NCBI GenBank assembly: GCA_965224725.1
Contig: CBDCZZ010000001.1
Location: forward strand, 37,613 to 101,612
Length of the DNA: 64,000 nt
Direction: 5' to 3'
DNA from: Woeseiaceae bacterium
Lineage (GTDB): Bacteria; Pseudomonadota; Gammaproteobacteria; Steroidobacterales; Woeseiaceae
This document shows, in pieces, positions 7,984 to 18,167 of the stretch. The notes under the pieces are model-generated. The model was not told where the DNA came from, made no database searches, and was given only the letters and a program-made list of their open reading frames with translations. The translations under genes and the position numbers were made by a program. Position 1 is the stretch's first letter, and each line of letters starts with the position of its first letter.

Positions 7984-9453
7984 ATGTCGAATGTCGATAA
8001 ATCCTGCGATACCTTTCTGTATCGTCAGGTGATTGATTTAATTAGAGAAAACATTGATTCCGGCACACTTCGTCCGGGCGATCGGCTGCCTTCGTTACGC
8101 AAGATGAGCCAGACCGCGGGTGTCAGTATCCCGACAGTTCGGCAGGCTTACGTAGAGCTCGAAAGCCAGAGACGGGTCGAGGCCAGGCCGAAATCCGGCT
8201 ACTACGTGCGGCATCGCCGGGCCCACGACATCGTGTTGCCAGGGCGCACCACGACCGGCACGCCGGGTGAGCTCGAAGTGCGGCCGCTGATGGAGCGTGT
8301 CTACGATGGCATCAACCGTCCGGAGCTCGTGCCACTCGGCATCGCGAACCCGACGATGGCCAAACCGGCGGCGAAAACGCTGCACCGCACGATGAAGCGC
8401 GTAATGGCGCGCGCTGAAGAACGCAGCCTGGGTTACGCAGTCACGACCGGCGAGCCGACACTGCGACGCCAGATTGCCTATCACTACCTGGATACGCTCG
8501 GCGTAAAAGTTCAGCCGGACGAAATCTGCATCACCAACGGTGGTCAGGAAGCGTTACTGCTGGCGCTGCGGGCAGTCGCCAAACCGGGCGATGTTATTGC
8601 AGTCGAAACGCCGACCTACCATGGCATGCTTGAGTTGATTGACTCACTCGGGATGCTCGCGATCGAAGTCGAGACGTGCCCGGAGGAGGGTGTAGTTGTA
8701 CGCGACCTCGAACGCATCATTGCGGAGCATCCGGTTAAGGCCTGCATATTCTCGACGACACTCAATAATCCTCTTGGCGTCACGATGCCACTACGGGATC
8801 GTCGTCGGCTTGCCGCGCTGCTCGAAGAGCATGACATTGCGCTGGTCGAGGACGACGTCTACGGAGATCTCCGTTTCGACGGCGAGCGGCCGATGCCCGT
8901 CGCATTCCTGAACGACAATATTCGTGTTCTTACTTGTGGGTCATTCTCGAAGACTGCTGCTCCCGGTTACCGCATAGGGTGGATCTATACACGCGACCAT
9001 ATCGACGACGTTCGTCATCTGAAGCGTTCATTCTCATGTGCGTCCGGTTTGTTGCCGCAGCTTACGCTGGCCGAATTCATGGCCTCGGGTGATTACGCTC
9101 GCCACCTCACCGCACTTCGCAGCGTGCTGCAGTACAACGCGGAACGTATGGCTGCTGTCATCGAGGAAGCGTTCCCGGCAGACACGCGCACATCACGTCC
9201 GGTCGGCGGTTCGGTCATGTGGCTCGAGCTGTCCAAAGACGTGAATTCGGAACAGCTGATGGATGAAGCAATTGAAGCCGGCATCAGCATTGCACCCGGA
9301 GATATCTTCTCTCCGTGCGGTTGCTACACAAATTTTATCCGACTGAGTTTCGGGCACCCATGGTGCGAAGAAACCGAAGAGGCGATTCGGTGGCTCGGGC
9401 AGCGCGTTGGCGGTAACCAATCGTCGTCCAATCCTGCTATCGTGACGCACTGA
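7984..9453 (+). CDS. MocR/PdxR-type regulator (GntR HTH fused to a fold-type I aminotransferase-like domain)
   Basis: N-terminal GntR wHTH (LYRQVIDLIRENIDSGTLRPGDRLPSLRKMSQTAGVSIPTVRQAY) plus a long aminotransferase class I/II-like domain (SFSKT lysine motif). Divergent from the DMT gene. Confidence 0.9.
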   Translation: MSNVDKSCDTFLYRQVIDLIRENIDSGTLRPGDRLPSLRKMSQTAGVSIPTVRQAYVELESQRRVEARPKSGYYVRHRRAHDIVLPGRTTTGTPGELEVRPLMERVYDGINRPELVPLGIANPTMAKPAAKTLHRTMKRVMARAEERSLGYAVTTGEPTLRRQIAYHYLDTLGVKVQPDEICITNGGQEALLLALRAVAKPGDVIAVETPTYHGMLELIDSLGMLAIEVETCPEEGVVVRDLERIIAEHPVKACIFSTTLNNPLGVTMPLRDRRRLAALLEEHDIALVEDDVYGDLRFDGERPMPVAFLNDNIRVLTCGSFSKTAAPGYRIGWIYTRDHIDDVRHLKRSFSCASGLLPQLTLAEFMASGDYARHLTALRSVLQYNAERMAAVIEEAFPADTRTSRPVGGSVMWLELSKDVNSEQLMDEAIEAGISIAPGDIFSPCGCYTNFIRLSFGHPWCEETEEAIRWLGQRVGGNQSSSNPAIVTH

Positions 9454-9473
9454 AATCTCAGGGGGTTATAAAA

Positions 9474-10583
9474 ATGAAAACAACTCGACGTACATTCATT
9501 CAGTCTGCAACCGCACTGGGTGTGGCGGCGGCATTGCCCGGCTGCATGTCAGCCGATGAACCCGCGGCGGAAGGCAGCTCCAGCGCTCTCGATATTCTTG
9601 TGCTTGGTGGCACCGGCTTTATCGGCCCGCACGAGATCAACTTCGCGAAATCCCGCGGCCACAAGATCACGATGTTTAATCGCGGCAAGACAGCCCCCGA
9701 TATGTTCCCGGATGTTGAGAACCTGATCGGCGATCGCAACGGTCAGCTCGACTCTCTCAAGGGTCGCGACTGGGACGTCGTTATCGATAACTCGGGCTTT
9801 TTCCCGAAGCATGCGCAGATGTCAGCCGAACTTCTGAACGGTCACGTCGGCAAGTACATGTTCGTGTCCAGCATTTCGGCCTACGGCGAAACGCTGGAAG
9901 TCGGGCAGGACGAGTTCGAAGCGCCTATCGCACAGATGCCGGGACCGATTGACGAGTCCGAGCACATCTATGGACCGACTTACGGTCCGCGCAAAGCACT
10001 CTGTGAGCAGGAAGTCGAAAAAGTATTCGGTGACGATGCGATCATTATTCGTCCCGGAATCATTACGGGCATCGGCGACCCAACCGAGCGTCTGCGTCAC
10101 TGGCTGCGACGCATGGTTGCCGGCAACGAGATTCTTGTGCCGGGGCAGGAAGATCTGCCGGTGCAGTACATCGACGCGCAAGACATGTGCCAGTGGATGG
10201 TGCGCATGCTTGAAGAAGGTAACGGCACTGGTCCCTACAACGCGGTAGGTGCGAAAGACCCGTACATTGCGCGCCCGTTCCTTGAAGGCCTGCGCGACTC
10301 CCTGAATTCCACCTCGCAGCTGACCTGGGTCGACTGGGAGTGGATTCGCGAGCAGACAGAGGAAAACCTGAGATACGGACCCTGGTACGGTGAGGGCCCG
10401 ATCCCGTTCATGCAGGTCAACAATGATCGCGCGATGGCAAGCGGGCTTACCTTCCGACCAATAGCGGATACCGCAAAGGACATGGTTGCGCATCTCGTTG
10501 ACTTCGAAGGCCCGTGGCGTGGCGGCCTCGATCCGGAAACCGAGGCGGAATACCTCGCGAAGTGGCACGCCGAGCAGGAATGA
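9474..10583 (+). CDS. NAD-dependent epimerase/dehydratase (SDR) family protein with Tat signal and lipobox
   Basis: TRRTFIQSATALGVAAALPGC twin-arginine signal followed by LVLGGTGFIGPH Rossmann motif. Confidence 0.85.
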   Translation: MKTTRRTFIQSATALGVAAALPGCMSADEPAAEGSSSALDILVLGGTGFIGPHEINFAKSRGHKITMFNRGKTAPDMFPDVENLIGDRNGQLDSLKGRDWDVVIDNSGFFPKHAQMSAELLNGHVGKYMFVSSISAYGETLEVGQDEFEAPIAQMPGPIDESEHIYGPTYGPRKALCEQEVEKVFGDDAIIIRPGIITGIGDPTERLRHWLRRMVAGNEILVPGQEDLPVQYIDAQDMCQWMVRMLEEGNGTGPYNAVGAKDPYIARPFLEGLRDSLNSTSQLTWVDWEWIREQTEENLRYGPWYGEGPIPFMQVNNDRAMASGLTFRPIADTAKDMVAHLVDFEGPWRGGLDPETEAEYLAKWHAEQE

Positions 10584-11722
10584 CGAACTACCGGGAGCAA
10601 TTCGATCTCCCGAGGGACGTCTGTTACCTGAATGCGTCTTACATGGGGCCTCAACCACGCGTTGTGGTTGAGGCCGCGACCGCGGGCGTCCTGCGGCGTT
10701 CGCAACCCTGGAAAATCATTCCGATCGACTTCTTTACGGACGTCGAGGCGCTGCGCACGCTGTACGCAGCGCAGGTCGGCTGTGCGGCTGACAACATCGC
10801 TATTGTTCCTTCGGCGGGTTACGGCATTGCGTGTGCGACGGCAAATATTCCGCTACAGAGCGGTGACGTCGTGCTCGCAATGCATGAACAGTTTCCGTCG
10901 AACTACTATTCCTGGCAGCGCACTGCACTCGCCAGCGGTGCCGAATTTCATGTAGTCGAAAAGACCGACGGTGAGTCGTGGGCCGACGCGTACTTCGCAG
11001 CGATAGAGCGACTTGGCAAGAAGATAAGGGTCGCGACGCTTGAAGGGCATCATTGGGCATCCGCCGAAACCATTGATCTCGAGCGAATCATTCCTGCGCT
11101 TCGCGATGTCGGTGCGAGGGTGGTTCTCGACCTGACGCAGACTGTCGGCGCGATGCCCGTGGATATCAAGGTGCTGGCGCCGGACTTCATGGTGACGTCC
11201 GGCTACAAGTGGCAATTCTGTCCCTACGGCATTGCGTTCATGTACGTCGACGATGCGTATTTCGATGGTGTGCCGATCGAGGAAGCGTGGATGGCGCGCG
11301 AAGGTGCCGAGGATTTTTCGCGACTTGCCGAGTTCACGGACAATTACCAGTCAGGCGCACGTCGTTACGACGTTAGTGAAAAGTCGAGCTTCTCCAATGT
11401 TGCCGGTGCCAAAGCTGCGCTGCAGCAGCTGGCGGACTGGAACATTGAGAATATCTCGGCGACGCTCGGCGAGACCAATGAGCGAATCGCCACGATTCTA
11501 CAGGGCCACGGATTCGAAGTGGCGGATCCAACGACTCGCGCTCCGCATTTCCAGGGAGCACGTGTGCCGGACACGGATCCCCGCAAGCTCGCGGCCACGC
11601 TAATCGAGAACAACGTCTTCGCCAGCGTGCGGGGCGACTTCCTGCGCGTTGCGCCACACCTGTATACGGATGAGCAGGACCTGGCGCGACTCGATGAGGT
11701 TATCGGAAAGGCTCTGAATTGA
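10580..11722 (+). CDS. Aminotransferase class V family (cysteine desulfurase/kynureninase-like)
   Basis: Start chosen at the ATG that overlaps the upstream stop (ATGA), giving MTNYREQFDLPRDVCYLNASYMGP. SGYKW lysine motif typical of class V PLP enzymes. Confidence 0.85.
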   Translation: MTNYREQFDLPRDVCYLNASYMGPQPRVVVEAATAGVLRRSQPWKIIPIDFFTDVEALRTLYAAQVGCAADNIAIVPSAGYGIACATANIPLQSGDVVLAMHEQFPSNYYSWQRTALASGAEFHVVEKTDGESWADAYFAAIERLGKKIRVATLEGHHWASAETIDLERIIPALRDVGARVVLDLTQTVGAMPVDIKVLAPDFMVTSGYKWQFCPYGIAFMYVDDAYFDGVPIEEAWMAREGAEDFSRLAEFTDNYQSGARRYDVSEKSSFSNVAGAKAALQQLADWNIENISATLGETNERIATILQGHGFEVADPTTRAPHFQGARVPDTDPRKLAATLIENNVFASVRGDFLRVAPHLYTDEQDLARLDEVIGKALN

Positions 11723-13755
11723 AACGACTGGCATTACTCTGCAGCGTGTTGCTGCTGATTTCGTGTTCGACCAAAGACGGCTACGACATCTCCGAGGTAT
11801 GGATCGAAATGCCCGACGGCGTACGTCTCGCTGCGGACATATACCGTGCATACGATGCAGACGCGGATGAGCGGCAACCGGTACTGCTCGTATATCTGCC
11901 GTATCGGAAGGACGAGGCGCGCGGCGGTGGTTACCGTCTGTACTCATACTTTCTTGATCGCGGCTACACGGTTGCCCGCGTCGATATCCGCGGCACGGGT
12001 CGTAGCGAAGGCCGCACGATTCCCTACGAGTATTCCGATATCGAGCACGACGATGGCGAAGTAGTCATCGACTGGCTGTCGAAGCAGGAATGGTCGAACG
12101 GCAATGTCGGCATGTTCGGCATCTCCTGGGGTGGCTTCAATTCCATCCAGATGGCTATGCGTAATCCGCCTGCGTTGAAGGCCTACATTGCACTCATGGC
12201 AACCGAGGATCTATACCAGGAAGACGTGCATTACATGGACGGCATCATGCACACCGATTCCTGGATGATGAGCCATGACCTTTACAACGCGATGCCGGGC
12301 GCACCCGATTTCAAACTGGGCGATGACTGGATCGAAAACCGTTTCAGCGTCGAGCCAAGCGTGTATGCCTACATGCGCGAGCAACGCGACGGTCCGTTTT
12401 GGGATCGCGCATCGGCAAAGGGCCGCTACGACAAGATAAAAGTACCCGGCTACCACATCGGCGGCTGGTATGACGGTTATCGCAACAGCGTGACACGCAT
12501 GCTGGAGCATTCTGTTGTGCCAACCAAGGCGATGATCGGCCCGTGGGACCACGCATATCCGCACGCGGCCTGGCCCGAGCCTTCGATCGAGTGGCGCGTC
12601 GAGGCTGTGCGCTGGTTCGATCACTGGCTGAAAGGCGAGGACACCGGAATTCTCGAGGAACCGGATTTCGCGGTGTATGTGCGCGACTACTACGCGCCGG
12701 ACCCGATGATTGCCGAAGTGCCCGGTCGCTGGCGCTGGGAAGACGGTTGGCCCATCGAGCGGACGGACTGGCAGGACTGGCACCTGCAGGCGGACCATCG
12801 ATTGGGATCCGACCCCGGTGACAGCGCTTCTCATGAATTGGAGTACAAACCGTCAATCGGCCTTGAAGGCGGCGGCCCAACAATGTGGTGGGGTAGTGTG
12901 ACGCCCGACCAGCAGCCGATGGATGATCACAGTCTCGTCTATGACAGCGAACCGCTGGAGGAATCGCTCGAGATTCTCGGGCATCCGCTTGCGAAGCTGA
13001 TGGTTTCAGCGAGTGCGCCGCGCGCGAACTGGGTTGTGCGGATTTCCGATGTGGCCCCGGACGGCCAGGTCACGCAGGTTGCGGGCGCCGGGTTTAATGG
13101 TACTCACCGTAACTCGGCACGCGAGCCCGAAGATATTGTGCCGGGCGAAGAATTTCCGCTCGAGGTCGAACTGCATCTGACTTCGTGGGTGTTTCCCAAG
13201 GGGCACAGGATTCGCGTTGCGGTGAGCAACAGCCAGTGGCCGATGTTCTGGCCCAGTGCGATGCCGTTTACGTCGACCCTCGGAGCCGGCGTTTCAAAGG
13301 TCTCGCTACCGGTCATTCCGCCCGGCGAAGAAACCGCACCGGTTTTCGAACTGCCAGAACCTGCCACGGCGCGGCTCGAGTCGTACAAGACGATCGAGAG
13401 CGGCAACATAAGCGGCTACGCGGCGCTCAACGAGGTACAGACCGATCCCGAAACCGGCGAGACCTTCGGTTTCGCCAGAAACCACGGCGCGACCCGGTAT
13501 CCGTGGGGAATCGAGCGATTCGAAGAGGAGCTCGAGCACCGTACGTCTGATTCGAACCCTGCGGAAACCTCAGTGGTCGGGCGCTACAAGCTCGTGCAGG
13601 AACTGAAGGATCGAACGCTGGAGTTTGAACAAACCGTCGACTTCCGCAGCGACGAAGATAACTTCTACCTGACGTTCCATCGCTGGGTGAATGTTGATGG
13701 CGAGCTGTTCGCCGAAAAGACCTGGGAAGAAACGATTCCCCGCGATTTCCAATAG
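11719..13755 (+). CDS. CocE/NonD family hydrolase (S15 X-Pro dipeptidyl-peptidase-like), lipoprotein
   Basis: Lipobox LLISCS, DIRGTGRSEG and GISWGG nucleophile motifs. The TTG start overlaps the upstream stop. Confidence 0.85.
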   Translation: MKRLALLCSVLLLISCSTKDGYDISEVWIEMPDGVRLAADIYRAYDADADERQPVLLVYLPYRKDEARGGGYRLYSYFLDRGYTVARVDIRGTGRSEGRTIPYEYSDIEHDDGEVVIDWLSKQEWSNGNVGMFGISWGGFNSIQMAMRNPPALKAYIALMATEDLYQEDVHYMDGIMHTDSWMMSHDLYNAMPGAPDFKLGDDWIENRFSVEPSVYAYMREQRDGPFWDRASAKGRYDKIKVPGYHIGGWYDGYRNSVTRMLEHSVVPTKAMIGPWDHAYPHAAWPEPSIEWRVEAVRWFDHWLKGEDTGILEEPDFAVYVRDYYAPDPMIAEVPGRWRWEDGWPIERTDWQDWHLQADHRLGSDPGDSASHELEYKPSIGLEGGGPTMWWGSVTPDQQPMDDHSLVYDSEPLEESLEILGHPLAKLMVSASAPRANWVVRISDVAPDGQVTQVAGAGFNGTHRNSAREPEDIVPGEEFPLEVELHLTSWVFPKGHRIRVAVSNSQWPMFWPSAMPFTSTLGAGVSKVSLPVIPPGEETAPVFELPEPATARLESYKTIESGNISGYAALNEVQTDPETGETFGFARNHGATRYPWGIERFEEELEHRTSDSNPAETSVVGRYKLVQELKDRTLEFEQTVDFRSDEDNFYLTFHRWVNVDGELFAEKTWEETIPRDFQ

Positions 13756-13757
13756 CG

Positions 13758-14474
13758 CTACTTGCGCCGCAAACCCTGCAGCGCCGCATCAACAAGGTCG
13801 AGCGGCACGCTGCGACGTATCTTTCGGATCAGTCTCTTGCGAATGCGTCGCTTGGAGTCTTTGTGCGCGCGCGGGTCCAGTGCCCTGAATTGCTCGATTC
13901 GCTCGTGTGCACGTGCGACAAGTTCCGAGTCGTCAACGAGTTCGTCGAAGAACCCCGCATCTTTTGCTGAATCAACATCGAATGCCTCGGCGAGTACCAC
14001 TGCGCGTTGGTATGCGGCCGGCCTCAGGCGGTGCTCTAACATCGCGGCTGCTACACGTGGCATCAACATGCCGATTGCTACTTCATTCGCGGAGATCTTG
14101 TATTCGCCGCGCGTGCCGATGACGTAGTCGGCCGACAGCATCAGGAACACGCCCATCGCGAATGAATGACCGTTGCATGCGACCACGACAGGGTTCGGGT
14201 ATGCGAGCACGCGGGCGGTAAGCGAGTAGCCGAGTCGCAGCATCCGGATTGCGTTCATGCCGCCGCGCTTCATGACCTTGAGATCGAAGCCGGCCGAGAA
14301 CACGTCCTCGCGCCCGGTGATAATCATGCTCGCGTCGTCCGCTTCAGCTTTGTCCAGTGCCGTGTAGATGCCGAGCAACACCTCGGGCGACAGAGCATTG
14401 CGTTTGCCGTCGTCGATACGGACGGTGGCTACGCCTTCGTGAAGTTTGTAAGTGACAGAGTCGCTCGTCATCAT
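13758..14474 (-). CDS. Crotonase / enoyl-CoA hydratase superfamily protein
   Basis: VATVRIDDGKRNALS ... ITGREDVFSAGFDLK ... typical crotonase oxyanion-hole motifs. Confidence 0.85.
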   Translation of the reverse strand: MMTSDSVTYKLHEGVATVRIDDGKRNALSPEVLLGIYTALDKAEADDASMIITGREDVFSAGFDLKVMKRGGMNAIRMLRLGYSLTARVLAYPNPVVVACNGHSFAMGVFLMLSADYVIGTRGEYKISANEVAIGMLMPRVAAAMLEHRLRPAAYQRAVVLAEAFDVDSAKDAGFFDELVDDSELVARAHERIEQFRALDPRAHKDSKRRIRKRLIRKIRRSVPLDLVDAALQGLRRK

Positions 14475-14524
14475 CCCGAGTCTACGCTATTGTGATCGCG
14501 GTTCGATATTCCGGGAATAAGTCG

Positions 14525-16003
14525 ATGCGTTGTCTGCTTGCAGCCCTTTGCCTGTTGTTCTCTGTTCCATTGCAGGCGCAGACGATCTCCGAGTGGATAC
14601 AACGCGAGTGTCCGGATTGCACGGCACGCATGCAGGAGCAGACCGGCAGCTACATCCTCGAAAAAGGCGAAGAAGCGTTGCTTGGCCGAGCCTGGCTGAC
14701 GCAGCACGCGACCGAATCGATCGATGTGCAGTACTTCATCTGGAGCACCGACAATATCGGCATTCTCGCTGGTGAAGGTTTGCTGCGGGCCGCGGAGCGT
14801 GGTGTCCAGATTCGTGTGCTCGTGGACGACTTCATGATCGACGCCGAGGATCGCACGATGCTGTTGTTGTCGGCGCACCCCAATGTGCAGATTCGTGTCT
14901 ATAACCCGAATTTAACGGTTGGCGTAAGCACCTGGGAGAAGGTCAAGAACCTGTTCGGCGACTTCCGCGCCATCAACCAGCGCATGCACGACAAGACCGC
15001 GATCTTCGACAATGTTGCGGGCATCACGGGCGGCCGCAACATGGCCGACGAATACTTCGACTTCGATCACGAATACAACTTTCGAGATCGCGACATTCTG
15101 CTGGTCGGATCGGCAGTTAACGACATGACCGAGAACTTCGAGGAGTTCTGGACCAGAGAGTACTCCGTACCGGTCGAGTACCTGCTCGAAGAAGAGCTCA
15201 TGAAAATCTCGCAGGCCGATATCGATGAGCGAGCAACCGAGTTACATGCGTACGCCGCAGACCCGCGCAACTTCGCGAAGTCGGTTCGCCAGGCAATCGA
15301 GTCGATGAGCGATCAGGTTGGCACACTGTTCGAGCACATGATCTGGGACGAGGTCACGTTCATTAGTGACGTTCCCGGCAAGAATGCGGGAGACGCTGGT
15401 CTTGGCGGTGGTGGTGAGTCGACTCGCAAGCTAATCGCGGCATTGGCAAGAGCGAAGAAGTCTGTACTGGTCCAGTCGCCGTATCTTGTCATGCCGGAAG
15501 GCGGCATGGACCTGTTCCGAGTGCTTGTTAACAGCGGTGTGCGCGTTCGTATCTCCACGAACTCGATGGCATCGACTGACAACATCCAGGCGTTCAGTGG
15601 CTACTCGAGTCAACGCGAAGACCTGCTCGCGACCGGCGTCGAGCTCTACGAATACAAACCGTATCCCGCGATTCGCGAGGAGCTGGTCGAGCGTTATCCG
15701 AGTATCGCGGAGAACAACCCGATCTTTGCACTGCATGCCAAGAGCCTCGTTATCGACGACCGCATCATCTACATCGGTACGTTCAACCTCGATCCGCGCT
15801 CGGCAAACCTGAATACCGAAGTCGGTGTTCTGATCGAGAACGAAGAGCTGGCGCGACAACTGACCGAAAGCATCGAGCGCGACATAGCCCCCGAAAACAG
15901 CTGGCGAACAACCGAGGACTACAACCCGGATGAAGAAGTCGGTCGCATGAAGCGCGCACGGGTGTGGTTTAACAAGTTGTTGCCGATCGAGCCGGTTCTC
16001 TAG
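14525..16003 (+). CDS. Phospholipase D family protein (two HKD motifs), secreted
   Basis: Signal peptide MRCLLAALCLLFSVPLQAQ. HKD motifs RMHDKTAIFD and LHAKSLVIDD. Start moved to ATG 14525. Confidence 0.85.
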   Translation: MRCLLAALCLLFSVPLQAQTISEWIQRECPDCTARMQEQTGSYILEKGEEALLGRAWLTQHATESIDVQYFIWSTDNIGILAGEGLLRAAERGVQIRVLVDDFMIDAEDRTMLLLSAHPNVQIRVYNPNLTVGVSTWEKVKNLFGDFRAINQRMHDKTAIFDNVAGITGGRNMADEYFDFDHEYNFRDRDILLVGSAVNDMTENFEEFWTREYSVPVEYLLEEELMKISQADIDERATELHAYAADPRNFAKSVRQAIESMSDQVGTLFEHMIWDEVTFISDVPGKNAGDAGLGGGGESTRKLIAALARAKKSVLVQSPYLVMPEGGMDLFRVLVNSGVRVRISTNSMASTDNIQAFSGYSSQREDLLATGVELYEYKPYPAIREELVERYPSIAENNPIFALHAKSLVIDDRIIYIGTFNLDPRSANLNTEVGVLIENEELARQLTESIERDIAPENSWRTTEDYNPDEEVGRMKRARVWFNKLLPIEPVL

Positions 16004-16048
16004 CCAATTCTCCTGCAATTTTCCCAAGCAATAACAACCAGTTATGTG

Positions 16049-16073
16049 TATAATACTGTACATTAAAACAGTG
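16049..16073 (+). promoter_or_regulatory. Candidate -10 (TATAAT) overlapped by a LexA/SOS box, TACTGTACATTAAAACAGTG
   Basis: TATAAT at 16049-16054. CTG-N10-CAG dyad with TA-rich centre at 16054-16073, 20 bp upstream of the DUF222-HNH start. Matches the gammaproteobacterial SOS-box consensus TACTG(TA)5CAGTA. Confidence 0.6.
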
Positions 16074-16093
16074 TATATGAGAGGGGAAAAATC

Positions 16094-17338
16094 ATGTCAT
16101 CAGGAGACGATCTCGGCTCGGAAATCACCGAGCTGTGCGCCTACATTTCAGTAGCCACCTACCAGCTGCTCTGCAAGATTCGCGAGTTTGATACTGGGCG
16201 CTACTGGGAAGCGCAGGGCTTTCGTTCGTGTGCCCACTGGATGAATTTTCATTGCGGTTTGGGGATGAATTCTGCGAGGGAGCGATTGCGAGTCGCGTAC
16301 GCGTTGGCGACATTGCCGAAGATCAGCGAGAAGTTTTCGAAAGGGCAACTTAGTTATTCGATCGTGCGGGCCATGACCCGGGTAGCCGATGCCGACAACG
16401 AAGAGTTTCTGGTGATGGTTGCTGAGCATGGAACAGCGAATCACATGGAGCGCCTGGTGCGCCAGTATCGTCGAGCCTGCAAACTACAGAATGAAGACTT
16501 CGCCTACGAGCAGTATCAAACAAGAGAAATGAGCTACCACTACGATGATGATGGCTCCGTGGTCATGAAGGTGAAGATGCCGGCCGAGCGGGGCGAGCTG
16601 GTGATCAAGGCGCTTGAGAAGATGATGGACGAGGACCTTCAGGAAGAGGCCGAGGTCGTCGAAGGCGAGGAAAAGCTGACGGCGAAAACACGTCGCGCTG
16701 ACGCGCTGTTGCATATCGCCGAGGATTACCTGAACGGTGGCGACTCGTCAGCCAGCACAGCGGATCGCTACCAGGTGGTGATCCACAAAACGGAGCACTC
16801 ACAGGAAGTTCAGCATGGCCCACACGTTTCAGCGGAAACGTGCCGCAGAATGTCCTGCGACTGTTCGAAGGTGGAAGTCACGGAAGACGAACACGGTAAA
16901 CCATTAAGTATCGGCAGGAAGTCACGAACCATCCCGCCTGCTATCAAACGCGCACTGGTTGTCCGCGATGGCGGTTGTCGCTTCCCGGGCTGCACCAACT
17001 GTCGTTATGTCGTTGGCCACCACATCCAACACTGGTCGAAAGACGGGGAGACGAGCTTGGATAACCTCGTGCTGCTGTGCGACTTCCACCATCACCTGGT
17101 TCACGAGGGTGGTTTCGATTGCAGGAAGTCCGACGATGGCGAAATTTACTTCGTCGACAAGCGAGATGAGCCGTTGGATGAAAGCTCTAACCCACGACCG
17201 ATCTCAATCGAGAACTCGCTGGCCTGGATGCGCGGCCGATATTCGAAGTTCGACGTTTCAGCGGAAACGTCGGTCAGTGGTTGGAAAGCTGGAGAGAGAA
17301 TGGATACTGCCTATGCGGTTTCGCTGATGTTCAACTGA
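16094..17338 (+). CDS. DUF222 + HNH endonuclease (REP13E12-like family)
   Basis: N-terminal DUF222-like helical region. C-terminal HNH motif CRFPGCTNCRYVVGHHIQHWSKDGETSLDNLVLLCDFHHHLVHEGG. Confidence 0.85.
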   Translation: MSSGDDLGSEITELCAYISVATYQLLCKIREFDTGRYWEAQGFRSCAHWMNFHCGLGMNSARERLRVAYALATLPKISEKFSKGQLSYSIVRAMTRVADADNEEFLVMVAEHGTANHMERLVRQYRRACKLQNEDFAYEQYQTREMSYHYDDDGSVVMKVKMPAERGELVIKALEKMMDEDLQEEAEVVEGEEKLTAKTRRADALLHIAEDYLNGGDSSASTADRYQVVIHKTEHSQEVQHGPHVSAETCRRMSCDCSKVEVTEDEHGKPLSIGRKSRTIPPAIKRALVVRDGGCRFPGCTNCRYVVGHHIQHWSKDGETSLDNLVLLCDFHHHLVHEGGFDCRKSDDGEIYFVDKRDEPLDESSNPRPISIENSLAWMRGRYSKFDVSAETSVSGWKAGERMDTAYAVSLMFN

Positions 17339-17431
17339 CGAACGTCAGCTTTTTCCTAAACAGGTCGTTCGAAGCGGTTTATGACGTTGAGTGCGACGGA
17401 CGGCGTTCGGCCAGAAGCAACCGCACAGATA

Positions 17432-17959
17432 TCAATCTGACACCGTCAAATTCTCGTGAAATTCGAGCAACCACTGATCATTTGGCACCAGATCGGAACG
17501 TGTCAGTTCAGCGTCAATCGCTGCAACAAACTCGGGGATATAAGAATAATCTGCTCGAACAGCATTCCAATACTTTTGTCCGGTTGCGGTACCGAAAACA
17601 TAGGTTGCTTGCAGCTTAATATCTTCCCAATCTGCTCGTGTGGTCGCACCGTCCGTATAGCGAAAATACTGAGTCTGAATGAGGTCGAGTCGGTGGTTAA
17701 AGTAAGCAGACACTCCCCAAGCATCCGCGAGCGTTAGCTCTTCCGGATTGAATAAGGCTTTTACGTACAGGTCTCTTAGTTCGGGACTGGTTGCAGTAAG
17801 TAATTGCCGCTCCCCAGCCGCCGCCGCAGCGTTGTCCATTACCTGAATGCGCAGTGCCGTTGTATTCCCTCTTATCTCAATGGCCAGAGCAACAAGGCCT
17901 ACGAGGATTGCAACATTTCCGGCAAGGGTTAGCCAAGCATTGATTCGCTCCAGTTTCAT
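17432..17959 (-). CDS. Hypothetical membrane-anchored protein
   Basis: Start set at MKLERINAWLTLAGNVAILVGLVALAIE (GGAG SD upstream). One TM helix. AT-richer local context. No family recognised. Confidence 0.5.
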   Translation of the reverse strand: MKLERINAWLTLAGNVAILVGLVALAIEIRGNTTALRIQVMDNAAAAAGERQLLTATSPELRDLYVKALFNPEELTLADAWGVSAYFNHRLDLIQTQYFRYTDGATTRADWEDIKLQATYVFGTATGQKYWNAVRADYSYIPEFVAAIDAELTRSDLVPNDQWLLEFHENLTVSD

Positions 17960-18167
17960 GATTTTCTCCACGACAATAGATCGAACAATCGGAGCATAGC
18001 ACTGCAAAAAGACAGCCAATCTTAATCTGCTGCTTCGGGTCAAAGAACGACAGTTTACAACAGTTCGATTGGCCGGCAGCTAACCAGGTTATTCCGGTCG
18101 GTTAGATGCGTTTCCGCGGAAACATGTGTCGCGACCGACCGCTGTTGCTAATTCCGGCCGTCCAAAA

